From Balanoglossus misakiensis (Eukaryota; Animalia; Hemichordata), in contig CM082584.2 of assembly GCA_040954595.2 (NCBI GenBank), positions 62,001-126,000 of the forward strand: a stretch of 64,000 nt of DNA, written 5' to 3'. Shown here piece after piece: positions 63,415-64,000 of this stretch. The position numbers and the translations under genes were made by a program. How positions within the stretch are numbered: the first letter of the stretch is position 1; every line of letters starts with the position of its first letter. The notes under the pieces are model-generated. The model saw nothing but the letters and a program-made list of their open reading frames with translations. It made no database searches and was not told the origin of the DNA.

Positions 63415-64000
63415 CATGGACCCTAGAGAAAGAAGGACGCGCAACTCCAGTTTTTTCTTGAAATGATGTTCTTTTGCATACATTATTTCCAGATAAATCC
63501 CAATAATCCAATTTGCAAATAAACTGTGTATAAACTAACGCAAAGTCTCGTGTTTTGTGTGAAGTTATCACAACACCTCAGAACATCTCGCAGAAGACGA
63601 GAAAACTGCAACGTGGTTGAACGCAGCGATTATTTATGGAACACATCTGGACAAGTTAAACAGGAATTTGAATCTGAGTCTGACAGCGTCCAAAACAAGC
63701 ATCTTTTGTCTAACAGTCCGGGTATTTCACAAGGCTGTGAGCTAACCGTACCGAGGGTTGCCTGGCGGCCATAGCGCACACATGATAATCCACCCAGTTT
63801 GTTTACAAATTGTTTTCGTGAAATCTGTTTTATTGTTCACGCACTGCGAAATAAAATGCCCCTAAACCACAATTTTTATTTCAATGCTTCACGCAAACAT
63901 AACATTATTACGAAAAGTGTCAGCGTTACTAAGAAATATGAGTGCCCAGTCGGACATGCAAAAAACATGGATGATTTGTTTACAATTTTTAAATGAAGCT
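63415..64000. mobile_element. P-type MITE, copy 4 (cut by the window edge)
   Basis: gtttgac|CATGGACCCTAGAGAAAGAAGG left end. Confidence 0.85.

Larger units (their letters stand above)
49582..64000. repeat. macrosatellite unit, copy 4 (incomplete, runs off the window)
   Basis: Colinear with copy 1 up to about its position 14843; private deletions at ~52422, ~56170, ~58293 and ~60697. Confidence 0.98.

Noticed and set aside
1-64000. rRNA, 5S, snRNA, tRNA or histone genes as the reason for the tandem array
   Set aside because: I recognised no such sequence by eye; an Infernal/Rfam and tRNAscan-SE run would be needed to exclude diverged small RNAs.

Overview
Eukaryotic, AT-rich, intron-containing DNA, probably from a marine invertebrate (inferred from the EGF/Cys-rich exons and the transposon families). 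The whole window is a head-to-tail macrosatellite of a ~16.9-kb unit: copy 1 = 1-16902, copy 2 = 16903-32784, copy 3 = 32785-49581, copy 4 = 49582-64000 (cut by the window edge). Each unit is a mosaic. (i) Five minus-strand exons of a decayed GCC2/GCC3 (ephrin-receptor-like, CPAG..C) cysteine-rich gene. (ii) A block of dead transposons: two TTAA-flanked Kolobok-type MITEs, a CR1/L2-type LINE ORF2 fragment, the 5' part of a Mag-like Gypsy element and a pearl/HINE-like element. (iii) Eleven minus-strand, symmetric phase-1 exons, each coding one unusual 8-cysteine EGF-like module, several of them disabled. A P-type MITE with a 7-bp TSD sits inside one EGF exon, and a MITE with an 8-bp TSD and 15-bp subterminal repeats sits in an intron. 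One exon appears to be a GCC/EGF chimera and may mark the amplification breakpoint. Copies differ by private deletions and show patchwork sharing of SNPs. No intact protein-coding gene, RNA gene or CRISPR array could be supported; most ORFs in the supplied track are spurious.
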